Positions 12,164-25,917 of a DNA stretch of 64,000 bases are shown piece after piece. The notes under the pieces were generated by a model, which did not search any database, was not told the DNA's origin, and saw nothing but the letters and a program-made list of their open reading frames with translations. Position 1 is the stretch's first letter. Each line of letters starts with the position of its first letter. The stretch spans positions 33,604,001 through 33,668,000 of the forward strand of contig OX597821.1 of assembly GCA_951406725.2 (NCBI GenBank). Direction: 5' to 3'. Position numbers and translations under genes: made by a program. Source of the DNA: Octopus vulgaris (taxonomy: Eukaryota).

Positions 12164-13477
12164 GAAGGATACATTGAATAATGAAATTGTAGATAAACAT
12201 ATGTCTGAAGAGCAAACAGGACGAGACTCCTTTGACCATAGGTCTGATTGCTTCTTGTTAAAATGGTTGTAATTATGGTATATCAAACAAGTTCAATATA
12301 TAAGATGATGAGTAGAAAACCACTCTAAACTAGGGATTCTCATTCGGGGTTTGTATGAACCCCCAGGGTCCAAATAAGATTTTTGAAGGTCCACAAATGC
12401 AATCTAGTAAATTGGGGGGGCCCACGGTAATTTCTCAGGGGTCATCAAAAAAATTGTGCTTCAGATCAGTCAAGTTTATATGCAGTAAAATGGTTATATG
12501 TCCAATACACAAAATATATAAACAATTTTTATAGAAGTCCTAATAATATTTAATTATAAAAATATAAAAGGATTTTTTAAATATTGAATGAGGTTCCAAT
12601 TAAGTAAAACAAAAATTAAAGGAGTCCCTAAATTAACAGAAAGACAGGTCACAAATGATGTTGTTTAGACAGTTGTAGTTTTGGATACACAAAACAAAAT
12701 GATATGGAAGCTGTAATAAGCTGTGTCTAAAGTTCTCACTATTGTATACTTGTGCTTTGTATGTGTATGTAAATGTGTGAATTATGCATGAATTAGAAAA
12801 CAGTGAGGCTTGTATCGTAAAAGTAGGAGTGGTCTCAGGTGGGTTGGTATCAAAAGTGTTAAGCTTGCTTAGTGTTATAGAGAAAATGTAAAAAGTGAAA
12901 TTTGGTGAAAAACGAAATTTCTGCATAAATGCAAAATTGTATTGGCACCCTTTTTTTTATGGCTTAGTTCAAGGAGGGAGGGTAACATCGAGTGACTGAG
13001 AATTGTTGTGGGAGGAGGAAGAAACTACAGACCTGTTCCAAATGAGTTGGACTCCAATAAAAATCATAAACTTAATAGCTTAATATTATGTTTACCACCC
13101 AGGTGGCCTTCTGCATAGTTCTATGTCTATAGTTTCATTCACTAGATTTGGGCTGACCTGAGGGTCTGCAGTTGAAAATGATTGATTGAGATACCATATA
13201 GTGGAATTACATTATGTAGTAAGCACAGAAAATTTCTTAATCACACCACCATGTCAGGCTCCATATTGCATTCATGGAATGTGTAGGTTATAAAAATTTG
13301 AGTGTAACCAATGAAAACATTTAACCATATTTGCTGGTGCATAAGGGCACATGCTCCCATAACACAAACTCCATTTTGTATTGAAAAAAAAAAATATTTT
13401 GTAGAAAAAGCAAATTTAATGTTTCATCACACACTTGTATATTTGGTATCCTATCCATAATATGGTTGCATTAAATG

Positions 13478-14005
13478 TATCATCATCATCATCATCATCA
13501 TTGTCTAATGTCAGTTTTTCCATGCTGGCATGGGTTGGATGGCTTAACAGTAAATGGCAAGGCCAGGGACTGCACCAAGTTCCATTGTCTGCTTTGGTTT
13601 GGTTTCAGCTGGATGCCCAACCTAATGCCAACCACTTTACAGAGTGGTGCATGGTATTCATCTGAGCGTGATCATTGCCAGAGCAGCCAACTGGCTTCCG
13701 TACCCATGGCACGTAAAAGGGCACCATTCGAGCGTGATTGTTACCAATGTTGCTTCACTGGCACGTGTAAAAAGATTCGAGCGAGGTCATTGCCAGTACC
13801 GCCTGACTGACCCCCGTGCAGGTGGCACGTAAAAAGCACCCACTACACTCTCGGAGTAGTTGGCATTAGGAAGGGCATCCAGCTGTAGAAACTCTGCCAG
13901 ATCAAGACTGGAGCCTGGTGCAGCCATCTGGTTGCCAGCCCTCAGTCAAAACTGTCCAACCCATGCTAGCATGGAAAACGGGCGTTAAATGATGATGCTG
14001 ATGAT
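13478..14005. mobile_element. two back-to-back family C retroelements (minus 13478-13650, plus ~13660-14005)
   Basis: (CAT)n tail at left, (ATG)n tail at right, shared ggatgccc/gggcatcc core in opposite orientations. Confidence 0.8.
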
Positions 14006-16002
14006 TTAAAGATTAAAAAAAAGTGCATCTTATACACTGGTATTTACATCTAGTTGACAATATTGTTACGTAGTGGCTATGGGATTGTTGTTTAGCCCTT
14101 GGTTCTCATTGATTGATTAGATTAGTAACCAAAGGATCAAAGGTATTGCAGCCATCACTATTCTGTCTTTTAATCTTTTAGTATTCAGATTACTTTGTCA
14201 AATGTAATGCTTATGTACTAAAATTGTTAGAGCCTTCTGTGTCTGTTTTGGCATGGTTTTTTTATGACTGGTTGCCCTTCCTAGCACCAACCACTCTGCA
14301 GAGTGGGCCGAGTATTTTTTATGTGGCACCTGCATAGGAAGGTCAGTTTTGGCATGATTTTTACAGCTGGATGCCCTTCCAAATTCCAACCATTTTACAG
14401 TATGGGGTGGATTATATTTAGAATGACATTGTAAGGTTAGTGTAAGAGGCTATATCAGGCTGGCTTGAACATGAAGCAGATAAAATATTTGGGCTGGATA
14501 CGGCAGGTTGAAATGCTAAAGGGTTAAGGTTATGCAGGGTTATATTATGTAATGTCTTCCCTTTATTAAAGACTGCAGAATATGGGAGACTGAGTTTTGT
14601 TTGCTATTTTTAGCAAGTCAAGCAGCCATGTAAAGGTTTCTCTGTTGACTTGAGCAGGCTGTGAATTGGCATTGTACTTGAAATGTCTTAGGTTTGAATT
14701 TTGCTGTAGTTGTTGTTATTTAGCCCCGAGTTAACCCAGACTAAGCAAACCTATGGTTCAAGGTATTCCAACTGTCATTTCTATCAGGTTGAGTGATGAC
14801 AAAGTGGGCCTTTTGTCTCACCTCTCTAGAGCAGGGGTTGACCCAGAAAAACGTGGGATGAACTAGTGAGAAAGGATCTTCAAATGTTGAGCCTCACAGA
14901 GGGGATGACAAGGGGCCGACACTTTTGGCAGTTTACTGTACTTGAGAAGATACGTCAAGCTACACAGGTATCCCACTATTGGGTGCTGGTGTCATGTAAA
15001 ATTACCCATGTCGGTGTCATGTAAAAAGCACCCCATGCTGGTGTTGAGTAAAAGGCACCTACACCAGTGCTATGTAAAAGCACCCAGTACATTCTGTAAA
15101 GTTTTGTTATGGTCATTTCTACAGATATTCTATAGAAATTATAGCCAACACTGATTTTTGCTACTTTTCGTATTGAGATGTCAGATGGAAGACAAAAATG
15201 GGTAATGAATGTGCATGCCATATTTCGAGGGTTTTTGCCCCTTCATCAACACCCATCTAATCCATTCTCACCTCCAAACACATTGGTTATATAACCACTG
15301 CAGCCAGTGGTGTTATGTTATTGGATATCCCAATTTACATTATCAAAAGCATTCCTGGAGCTGGTACATAAATATTGATACTCTGTAAAGTGGTTGGCAT
15401 TAGGGAGGGCATCCAGCTATTGAAACATTGCTAAAACAGTCTTGGAGTTCAGGCAGCTCTCAGCTGGCCAACTTCTGTCAAACTGTCTAACCCATGTCAG
15501 CAGGGAAAACTTTGAATGACGATGTTGATGGGGTTTTTTTTTTTGCATCCCTCTGGGATTAATAGATACCTGTGAATTATTGGCAAATGGGATGTGAGTA
15601 AATTAATTGGCTATACTATCTCCTACAAAATTAGGTCTCATGTCAAGTTTTAATGAAGAAATCAATATTACCAAACAAAAGAAAATACAAAAATGGAATT
15701 ACCAATAATCTAGGAGAGAACGGGAGAGAGAAAGACTGATTGACTATATGTGCATGTGTTTTGAAAAAAAAATCTCTCTTGAATTAATAATTTATTTATG
15801 TTGTAACAGTCATCATTCAAAACATTTGGTGGCATTAATCCTTAAATCTTAGGAGTAAGAGTTTAAGAGATTTTTGTTGTCAAAGATCTGAGTGACTGGT
15901 TTTTTTGCAGGAATATAAAGTGGAACTTCAATTTTAATTAAGAAGAATGCTAAATATTTAAAAAAAAAAAAAACAAGGGGAGAATATTTTATAAAATTCC
16001 TT

Positions 16003-16480
16003 TGTGTGGTAAGAAGAGTGCTTCCCAACCACATGGTTCTATGTGGCACCTTGGCCAAGTGTCTTCTACTATTTCCTGTGACTGACCAAAACCTGGTGAG
16101 TGGATATGGTATATGGAAACTGAAAGTAGCCCATTGTGTGTGTGTGTGTGTACACGTATGTATGCATCTATCTATATCTATCTATCTATATCTATCTATC
16201 TATATATCTATCTATATCTATTTATCCATACACACACACTCACACATGCATGTATGTATCTGTGTGTATCTATTATATATTTTTGTTCTCCACCACTGCT
16301 TGACAACTGGTGTTGGTTTGTTTTCATCCCTGTAGCTAAGGGGTTTGGCCAAAGAGACCAATAGAATAAGTACCAGGTTTAAAATATAAGTACTGGAGTC
16401 AATTTGTTCGACCAAACCTTTAAAGGTGGTGACCCAATATGGCCACAATCCAGTGACTGAAACAAATAAAAGATAGAAGG
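16003..16480 (+). mobile_element. family A SINE (diverged) with TATC microsatellite
   Basis: tgtgtggtaagaag...cccaaccacatggttc...gaataagtac...gactgaaacaaataaaag. Confidence 0.8.
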
Positions 16481-17906
16481 TAAACATTTTCAAAATCTTA
16501 TTAATAGTTTTTCTTTCATTGGCATCATCATCATTTAGCGTCCATTTTCCATGCTAGCATGGGTTGGACGTTTCAACTGGGGTCTGGGAAGCCAGAAGGC
16601 TGCACCAGGCCCAGTCTGATCTGGCAATGTTTCTACGGCTGGATGCCCTTCCTAATTTGGGAGGAGGTAATGGCTGATTGCATTCAACCCAGTATTTGAT
16701 AATCCTAAAGGACGAGGACTGACATTGGCAGAACTGGAACTTAGACTGTAAAATCTGTGACTAACTACTGCAAGGTATTTTCTTCAATGCTATAATACTC
16801 TGAATAGTGGTGATGATGATCTCTTGATGAAGTACAAAGCAAAGGAAAGTGAGCAGATAGTCTTTGAATGAACCTTGGTTTTTATTGGTACTTATGTAAT
16901 TGGCACCAGAGTGAGGGAAAGTAAAGGTCAGCATAGTGAGATGAAACTAGATGTCACAGCTGCTGTGCTTGGTTTGAATTGACCTTGCTCACTGTTGTAA
17001 CTACCACCAAAAGCCTCAATGTAATCATTTAAGTTGCTAGAAATGGTAGCTAAATTATTCCTCAAATCATATTCTAATATCTTAAAAAAAAGATACGATG
17101 GTCATGTCTGTTCAGTTAAAGCTGACCAAGGTTAATCAAAAAATGTGTTCACTTTATCTTCTGTAATTAACAGCTAAATTTCCCACAAATTACATGCTAA
17201 AATCTTTAAAAAAAAAAACAAAAAAAAAAGTCATTATAGTCAGGTTTGAAGCACCTTTAATTATAGGTCTGCTCAATTGTGGTTGATCTGGGGTTACACA
17301 ATTGCATTTAAATACTACAAAGCATTTATGTTCCTGCCAAAATCACAGAAGATTTATGTGAAACTAGATACAATCAATTTCATAGATCCGAGTATTGACC
17401 ATTACATTATTGACCTTATAATAATGATAATAATAATAATTTTAAATTTTGGCACCGGTCCAACAGTTGGTCAATGGGAGGAAAGTTGATTTCATTGACC
17501 TCAGCACTTTACTGGTACTTATTTTATCCATCCTGAAAGTATAAAAGGTAAAGTTGACCTCAGTGGAACTTGAACTCAGAACCCCAAAACAAGCAAAATA
17601 CCACTAAGCATTTTGCCCCGTGTACTAACAATTCCACCAATTCACTGCCTAAGTAGTAATAGTAGTAGTAGTAATACAGGACTAGTGGAGGAGCATCATA
17701 GCCTTGTGTTGAGAGGAATGCTTTATAGTTTGAATAATTCACCTCTGGAAACATCCCAGAATTGTTTTGGATTTTGGCACAGAGCCAGCAATTTTAAGCC
17801 GAGGAATTAAATATTGACTGGCACATGATTTTATTGACTCTAGAGAAATGAAAAAAAAATTTAAGTTAACCCTGGCAGGAATTGAACTAAGAACATAAAG
17901 AGTTGC

Positions 17907-17970
17907 ATAGAATACTGCAATGTCATCATAGAATACTGCAATGTCATCATAGAATACTGCAATGTCATCA
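17907..17970. repeat. 21-bp tandem triplication
   Basis: catagaatactgcaatgtcat x3. Confidence 0.9.
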
Positions 17971-18136
17971 TCTCAATCAAGGGAAGACAGGAAATTTACT
18001 AGGGGAGATGTATATATTTCTTTATATTGACCCCTGTATGTATCAGATAGTTATTTTATCATCCCTGGGGTGATCAAAGGCAAAAATAGGCTTTGATGGT
18101 GTTTAATTAAATTTGGAATAGTGTACCTATACACAC

Positions 18137-18207
<71 letters not shown>

Positions 18208-18714
18208 ATGATAAATGTGTGATAAATTCAGAAGTTCTTTTATTCCTACTATTTCTTTGATTTTCATGCTGTGGATGTTTGTCAGATGGTATGAAATTCT
18301 TCAAGTTTCTAGTGAATAAAATTAATGAACTCTACATGCTTGGAATATTCAGATTCTTGTTGCAAAAGAAAATCAACACCATATATCTGAAATTTTAATA
18401 AATATGTCTGTGTGTATATAAACTACTGCAAGTCATTTTGTCTGATTCTTTGTGTGTGTGTACACACACACATAAATGTATTTATAAATATCTATGTGTA
18501 TTTGTGTGTGCAATGAATACATGTATTTGTATATGTGTATATATGTATGTAATGGAAGGTGAACAGGGGTGTTGGTGAGCAATAATAAATATGAGTGGGA
18601 GGCCAATAAATGTGTGTCAGTTGGGAGTAACTCAGGGGAGAGGGAGTGGTGACTGGCAGTTTACAAATGATGATGTGAAGTTTGGAATAAACAAGTTCTA
18701 ATTTCTTTACTTAA

Positions 18715-18935
18715 CCCTTTAGTATTCGCATTATTCTGCCAAAATTAATCCTTTTTTATCCACATTGTTTTGAATTAATCATGCATTATCTTGTAGCTAT
18801 GAGATTTTGATGAGGTAGCTGTAAATTTTTAAAACGATATTGTAGGGTTGGTGTGAGAGACCAGATCTGGCCAGTTTGACCATAAAACAGGCAGAATACT
18901 TTTGGCCAGATATGGCCAGTTTAAATGCTAAAGGG
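18715..18935. mobile_element. piggyBac-like MITE
   Basis: TTAA|ccctttagtattc ... aatgctaaaggg|TAAA. Confidence 0.8.
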
Positions 18936-19313
18936 TAAAAGCAGCAGAACAATACAGTTGATTGGAAAGTGAAGGAGGGACATGTGATAGGTAGATGAAG
19001 GGTGAGTTACAGGTTGCAAGAGTGTGGGGGAGAGTGGAAGATGAATAAAATAAGAGTGGGGGGTGGACGATTGTATATGTGGGAGGGACACACTGCATAT
19101 TTCCTATCATGTTGGTCATTTGTCATTTCCTCTGAGGCTCAAAATCCTGAGATCAGCTGGCATCACCTCATCTCACATCTTCCTAGATCTCCCTTTTCTA
19201 CAACTTCTGTTTATTGTAAGTGATTCGTCTTTTTTTGTACAGTTATCTTCATTGTTATATGTTGCATGTTCAAACCAATTCAGTTTTCTCTCTTGCACAT
19301 TATAACAATTTTC

Positions 19314-19715
19314 GGATCTTTTCGGTTTGAACGGCAGTTTTTTCTAGCAGTGTCATATGAAATTGTCACCCATAATTATGACCCTAGAATCGATCTATTG
19401 CATTTCAATCTATTTTAGGGTTAGGGTTAGTTAGGGGTGGGGGGAACGGTATCTTTTTCTTCAGAAATGTAAATAAACCCAATCTGTTTCTTAAACGAGG
19501 GACATATTCATACGCACAGAATGTTGTTTACTTCATGGTTGAAATTGCAGAAATTGAAGAAAAAAACAACAAATATCTTACAAACTATAGAATTTTCTCA
19601 ATAAAGCCAAGAGAAAAAGATGTTTTATAAACACATTCTACCAGTGTAAGAAGTTTAAAACTTTTTAATTACCTAGAAATTATGTTAAAAACTGCCGTTC
19701 AAACTGAAAAGATCC
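19314..19715 (+). mobile_element. ~400-bp GGATC-TIR MITE (copy 3)
   Basis: perfect 8-bp TSD caattttc; inserted in a decayed minus-strand RTE fragment (~19130-20005). Confidence 0.92.
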
Positions 19716-20106
19716 CAATTTTCTCCTGTACCCAGTTTTTCTCTCTACATATTTGTACTTTTGTCATTCATACACACTGACGCTGCACATTCAGTGAATC
19801 ATGTTTGCTTCATTCCTTTCTAGTTTTTGCAGGTTCTCTGCATTCGCAGGCACATCTCACTACTATGAAGCATTGCAGTTCAAATACTGACATCATACAG
19901 TCTGCCTTTCATTCTGAGACAGAAGTAGTAGCTCCTTGAACTCTCTCCACCCTGTTCTTAATGCTGGCAGCTATACTTTCAGAACATCCTCCACCTCTGC
20001 TAATTAGCTATATATATATATATATATATATATAGAAGCTATATATATATATGTGTGTGTATATGTAACTGGTTATGTTACTGTTAGATTATTTAAACTT
20101 TGTGAG

Positions 20107-20512
20107 ATAGGCGCAGGAGTGGCTGTGTGGTAAGTAGCTTGCTAACCAACCACATGGTTCCGGGTTCAGTCCCACTGCGTGGCATCTTGGGCAAGTGTCT
20201 TCTGCTATAGCCCCGGGCCAACCAATGCCTTGTGAGTGGATTTGGTAGACGGAAACTGAAAGAAGCCTGTCATATATATGTATATATATATATGTGTGTG
20301 TGTGTCTGTGTTTGTCCCCCTAGCATTGCTTGACAACCGATGCTGGTGTGTTTACGTCCCTGTCACTTAGCAGTTCGGCAAAAGAGACCGATAGAATAAG
20401 TACTGGGCTTACAAAGAATAAGTCCCGGGGTCGATTTACTCGACTAAAGGTGGTGCTCCAGCATGGCCGTAGTCAAATGACTGAAACAAGTAAAAGAGTA
20501 AAAAAAGAGAGA
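20107..20512 (+). mobile_element. full-length family A tRNA-derived SINE
   Basis: head ggcgcaggagtggctgtgtggtaag...ggttccgggttcagtccc, central (TA)/(TG) microsatellite, (TAAAAGAG)n tail; near-identical to 47890-48267. Confidence 0.9.
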
Positions 20513-20743
20513 GTGTAATATCAACTGAAGGAAAAACATTATTTCTTACAGCTTTATTTTCCTGTGAATTTGATGTTAGTGTTGGTATGCAGAAGGCAGT
20601 AGTAGTTGGCAGTTTTATAGTATAAGGGGAAATAACAACGACAGAGCTCATGCACCTTTGGTAATAACTGTGTCTGTTGTGGATGTTAGGAGGAAGTTGT
20701 TGGCTAGAAATTGGAAGACGTGTGGCACCCGAGAGCAAAAGTG

Positions 20744-21450
20744 GGATCTTTTCGGTTTGAACGGCAGTTTTTAACATAATTTCTAGGTAACTAAAAAAAT
20801 TTTAAACTTCATATACTGATAGAATGTGTTTATAAAACATCTTTTTCTCTTGGCTTTCTCTCTTTTCTCTTTTACTTGTTTCAATCACTTGACTGTGGCC
20901 ATGCTGGAGCACCGCCTTTAATCGAGCAACTCGACCCCGGGACTTATTCTTTTGTAAGCCCAGTACTTATTCTATCGGTCTCTTTTGCCGAACCACTAAG
21001 TAACGGGGACATAAACACACCAGCATCGGTTGTCAAGCAATGCTAGGGGGACAAACACAGACACACAAACACACACACACGCATATATATATACATATAT
21101 ACGACGGGCTTCTTTCAGTTTCTGTCTACCAAATCCAATTGAGAAAATTCTATAGTTTGTAAGATATTTGTTGTTCTTTTTCTTCAATTTCTGCAATTTC
21201 AACCAATCAATGATGTCTGTTGAGGTGAAAAACATTCTGTGCCATATGAATATATCCCTCATGTAAGAAACAGATTGGGTTTATTTACATTTGTGAAGAA
21301 AAAAAGATACCCTTCCCCCACCCCTAACCCTAACCAACCCTAACCCTAAAACAGATAGAAATGCAATAGACCGATAGTAGGGTCATAATTATGGGTGACA
21401 ATTTCATATGACACCGCTAGAAAAAACTGCTGTTCAAACCGAAAAGATCC
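20744..21450 (-). mobile_element. ~400-bp GGATC-TIR MITE (copy 4) split by a truncated family A SINE (20858-21137)
   Basis: MITE sequence ggcttt|attgagaaa resumes exactly after the SINE; both TIRs present. Confidence 0.9.
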
Positions 21451-22084
21451 AAAGTTTCTGTAAATGTTAACATATCTCAAAATTATTTATTGAGCGACAA
21501 TTTTTATGTGGTTTTCCTAACATTACCAAATACTGAAAGATGTAAGGAAAAAAAAAATGTCAATATTTCTTTTCCAACTTCCCACCAGTTACTGAAAAAG
21601 CTGCTTAAAAAAAACAGTATGTCATTGATCTGTAAGGCATCCAAAACACATAGCAACTGTTTGATTATGATCATAATTCTTAAACTTTTGCAACACATAC
21701 CATAAACTTCTTGAATATTTATCGTTATTTGCATGTTAGTCCTAGTTGTGCAAACCTCAAGGGGTATAGCAGCAGTTACCATCCTGTCTTTATTTGAAGA
21801 ATGGTGTATCTAATACGAGGGTCAGTAAAGTGGCCAGTATTGACCGCTGGAGGTCTCTGCGACTCTCCAATGGGTTTATAAACACCTGAAATGATTTTGA
21901 GCATTAAGGGTGCAAACTTAATCTGGAAGAGAGCAGCATTTTAAAGGCTAAAATTTGCTAATTTCCAGCCAAATATTGGTGCAGTGACTAGTATTCACCA
22001 AACACATATTTCACATTAAGTATTCTGACTATACCAATATAATGTCACTGAATTTTATCATTCTTTATTAATCTCATTAAGCTA

Positions 22085-23270
22085 TGGACACATAAGAGGT
22101 GCAGCGATATCAAAGGAAGGTTAACTGGGAAGATAGTTTTTGTGTGTGGCAGATGCTCAGGAGCAATAAACACCGAAGGTGTACAGAAAACAGTTTCCAT
22201 CACATGCCAGGGGGAAAATCTAGAAGCAGTTGATAACTTCTGTTACCTAGATGACCAAGTCAGTAGCAGGGGGTGGATGCTCTGAGAGCATAGCTGCTAG
22301 AATAAGAACAGCCTGGGCAAAGTTCTGTAAGCTCCTGCCTCTGCTGGTAACAAAGGGACTTTCACTCAGAGTGAAAGGTAGACTGTATGATGCATGTGTG
22401 CGAACAGCCTTGCTACATTGCAGTGAAACATGGGCTGTAACTGCAGAGGATATGCATAAGCTTGAAAGAAATGAAGCTAGTAAGCTTGACTGGATGTGTA
22501 ATGTCAGTGTACATACACAACGGAGTGTAAATGCCCCGAGAGAAAAGTTGGACATCAGAAGCATCAGATATGGTATGCAAGAGAGACGACTGTACTGGTA
22601 TGGTCATGTGTTGCATATGGATGAGGACAGGTGTGTGAAGTGTTGCACCCTAACAATGGAGAGAACCTGTAGAAGAAGTAGACCCAGGAAAACATAGGAT
22701 GAGGTAGTGAAGCCTGACCTTGAATGTTGGACCTCACAGAGGCAATGACAAGTGACCGAGACCTTTGGAAATATGCTGTGCTTGAGAAGACCCGGCAAGC
22801 CAAGTGAAACTGTTGCCGTCGCCGATGCCAGTGTTGTATAACAAGCCTGTTTAAAAGTACCCTTCAATCGTTGGGCAATATGCTGTGCTTGTAAAGACCT
22901 GTTGAGTCAAGTGAAATCATAGTCATGCATGGATGATGCCAGTGCTACCAAATTGGCACCTGTACTGGTGGCACATAAAAAGTATCATTTCAGCGTGATC
23001 GATACCAGTGCTGCCTGACTGGCTCCTGTGCCAGTGGCACATAAAAAGCACCATTTAAGCATGGTTGATGCTAAAGCTGCCTGATTGGCTCCCGTGCTGG
23101 TGGCATGTAAAAAGCACCTACTTCACTCTTGGAGTGGTTGGTGTTAGGAAGGGCATCCAGCTGTAGAAAAATTGCCAGAGTGGATTGGAGCCTGGCGCAG
23201 CCTCCGGGCTTGCCAGTTCTCAGTCCAACCCATACCAGCCTGGAAAGTGGATGTTAAACAAAGATGATTT
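22085..23270 (+). pseudogene. 5'-truncated RTE-clade LINE: ORF2 C-terminus plus repeat-containing 3' UTR
   Basis: ORF 22251-22697 GGGCSESIAARIRTAWAKF..LLPLL..KGLSLRVKGRLYDACVR..LLH.SETW...RRL.WYGHV..M..RPRKT matches the RTE post-RT region; 3' end equals family C. Confidence 0.9.
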
Positions 23271-23647
23271 CATTAAATTTCTTTAGCTATTTCTTATTAA
23301 AAAGTGGTTATAACTAAAAAGAAGAAGGAATTATTGTTTTTAAATCAAGAAATTTTTTTATTAATTATACTTTCTACACACCATCTACACCCTCAGAGTT
23401 GGTACCCTTAATGTGGGCACATTGAAAGATAGATGAGGACAGCTGCATAAAAAAGTGTAGAGCTCTAATTGTGGAGGGTACCTGTGGAAGGGATAGACTC
23501 AGGAAGACATGGGATGAAGTGGTGAGAATGGATCTCTGGGTGGTGGGCTTCACTGAGGAAATGACAAGGGATGATGTGGCGATTTGCTGTACTTGGTGAG
23601 ACACATCAAGCTATGTAAAATCGCTGTCTTCTACACATACAAGTTTG

Positions 23648-24058
23648 GGATCCTTTCGGTTTGAACGGCAGTTTTTTCTAGCGGTGTCATATGAAATTGT
23701 CACCCATAATTATAACCCTAGAATCGATCTATTGCATTTCAATCTCTTTTAGGGTTAGGGGTGGGGGGAAGGGTATCTTTTTCTCTTCACAAATGTAAAT
23801 AAACCCAATCTGTTTCTTAAACGAGGGACTTATTCATACGGCACAGAATGCTTTTTAACTCAATAGACGTCACTGATTGGTTGAAATTGCAGAAATTGAA
23901 GGAAAAAAACAACAAATATCTTACAAACCATAGAATTTTCTCAATAAAGCCAAGAGAAAAAGATGTTTTATAAACACATTCTACCAGTATGCGAAGTTTA
24001 AAATTTTTTAGTTTCCTAGAAATTGTGTTAAAAACTGCCGTTCAAACCGAAAAGATCC
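23648..24058 (+). mobile_element. ~400-bp GGATC-TIR MITE (copy 5)
   Basis: perfect 8-bp TSD caagtttg; inserted into an RTE 3' fragment (~23400-24315). Confidence 0.92.
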
Positions 24059-24611
24059 CAAGTTTGTCCTTTCAGGTGCTGGTGCCCCTTAAAAAGTGTT
24101 TGTGCTGGTGCTGCATTTACCCACCTGTACCAGTGCTGTGTAAACACACACATGCCGGTGGCATGTAGGAGACACCCAGCACACACTGATGAGTGGTTGG
24201 CATTAGGAAGGGCATCCAGCCATAGAAACCATGCCACAACAAACAACTGGAGTCAGCTAGTCAGCTCCATGTCAAACTGTCCAACCCATGGAGAGTGAAC
24301 ATTAAATGATGATGATACTTTTTAATTTCATTTTAGAAATTTTCCTGATGGGGATTGCCAAGTTATCAATGATTCCATGAAGAGACTAATGATATAAGAA
24401 GTTTTGGTGACCCCTTGTTTAATACCCCAACCAGCATATCCTTTATTTTTGTTTTAGTGATAGGGTTTAATTTAAGGGATGTTTAGCTGCTATTTCTGTT
24501 TAATCAAATGACTACATAGAGACTCTTCCATGCACGCTTGAAGTAAGATTAGTTTCTTGTACTCTGTTTCTGATTGTTGTTTCTTTGCACTATCTTTTGA
24601 TATCATGTTAA

Positions 24612-24831
24612 CCCTTTTGTTACTGTATTTACTTTGAGATGCTCTGTGTTTCTATCAATTATTTTAAATATAACAAAGAATTTAGTAAAATAACATAGTT
24701 ATCATTAAGCTAGTATTAGGAATATAAATTGCGACTAATGTTTGGTGGCATATTTTGATGCAAAACTTATGAAAACAAGACATTTGTACTACAGAGCCAG
24801 ACCGGTTTCAGCCGGGTTGGTAATGAAAGGG
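24612..24831. mobile_element. piggyBac-like MITE, second family
   Basis: TTAA|cccttttgttac ... gtaatgaaaggg|TTAA; reverse copy at 51235-51455. Confidence 0.85.
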
Positions 24832-25485
24832 TTAATGGAGTATTTATATTTATACATATAATGAAATTGGTGCTCTCGTTGTGTCTGTCGCTAATATGCT
24901 TGGAGTAAGCATGAATGTTACACAGTTTCATTTCTCCACACTTTCTACATAATCAGAGATCTTGCATACAGTAAATCAATATTTCTTAAGTGCACAGATA
25001 ACAAGTCATTGTAGACTTATTGTTAGATATAATCTCCAGGAAATTTAAGCTTCAATTAAGAAATACAGGCACTGATAAATTCTCTGTATTCTGTGTGACT
25101 GTTATTTATGGAATGTTCTGATTTCTTTTATTCATTTCAAATTATTGCCATTGTATGTCAATTATAATGAAATCAGATTCAAATCCTAGTTGAGCAAACA
25201 AAAGCAACAATTTTGATCTTAATTAAAACTCATTAATTATAATTATAGTCACACATAATGACACCAAGAGCTATTAATACATCACATACAGACACTGAGT
25301 TGATGAGAGAGCTTCTGCAAGGTTGCTCCAGCTGCTAGAAAATACCATCCAAGCCTCTTAAATCAAGGGCCCCAACGATATCAAGAGAGCAGCATTTGGT
25401 ACCAGGCTGCACAAGAAGAATAAATTTTAAGACTTTATTTTATTGACCATTGCAATCTAGTGGGGTTTTTTTCTTTCTTTATATA

Positions 25486-25917
25486 CAAGGTGTGGTGAAT
25501 AAACTGTCGTCTAAATTATGCAAAATGAAAATAACACTAACCTCATTTTAACAGATATATTGACTGAAATTACGTAGAAATATCTTGAAATGCCAATGAG
25601 TAAATTTATTCAATAAAATTGCTATTGGTTTCAACCATGGCCTCCAGATGATTTCAGAATCTCTAGCAACTCTTCTGGATGGTCTCCTTGTTTAAGTTGG
25701 TCAATGCTGCCATAATCCTTGTCTTCAGTTCATTTTTGAAGGAGTTTTGTTGGTCTCTCACTCCACTGCACCTCACACATAATAATCAAGGGTGTCAGGT
25801 CTGGGGAGTTAGGTGACCAGATGTTAGGGGTGATGTGGTCACAGAAATTGTCTGACAGCCATGACTGGGTTCTCCTGCTTGTGTGTCATGGTGGAGAGTC
25901 CTGTTGCTGAGGACATA
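25486..25917 (-). pseudogene. Tc1/mariner DD37D (maT/Bmmar1-type) transposase 3' remnant with terminus
   Basis: manual translation QQDSPP*HTSRRTQSWLSDNFCDHITPNIWSPNSPDL-x-PLDYYV (one 1-nt deletion); 37 residues between 2nd and 3rd Asp; TA|CAAGG end; related fragment at ~37997-38098. Confidence 0.8.

Noticed and set aside
13475-13810. Poly-His ORF
   Set aside because: (CAT)n tail of a minus-strand family C retroelement
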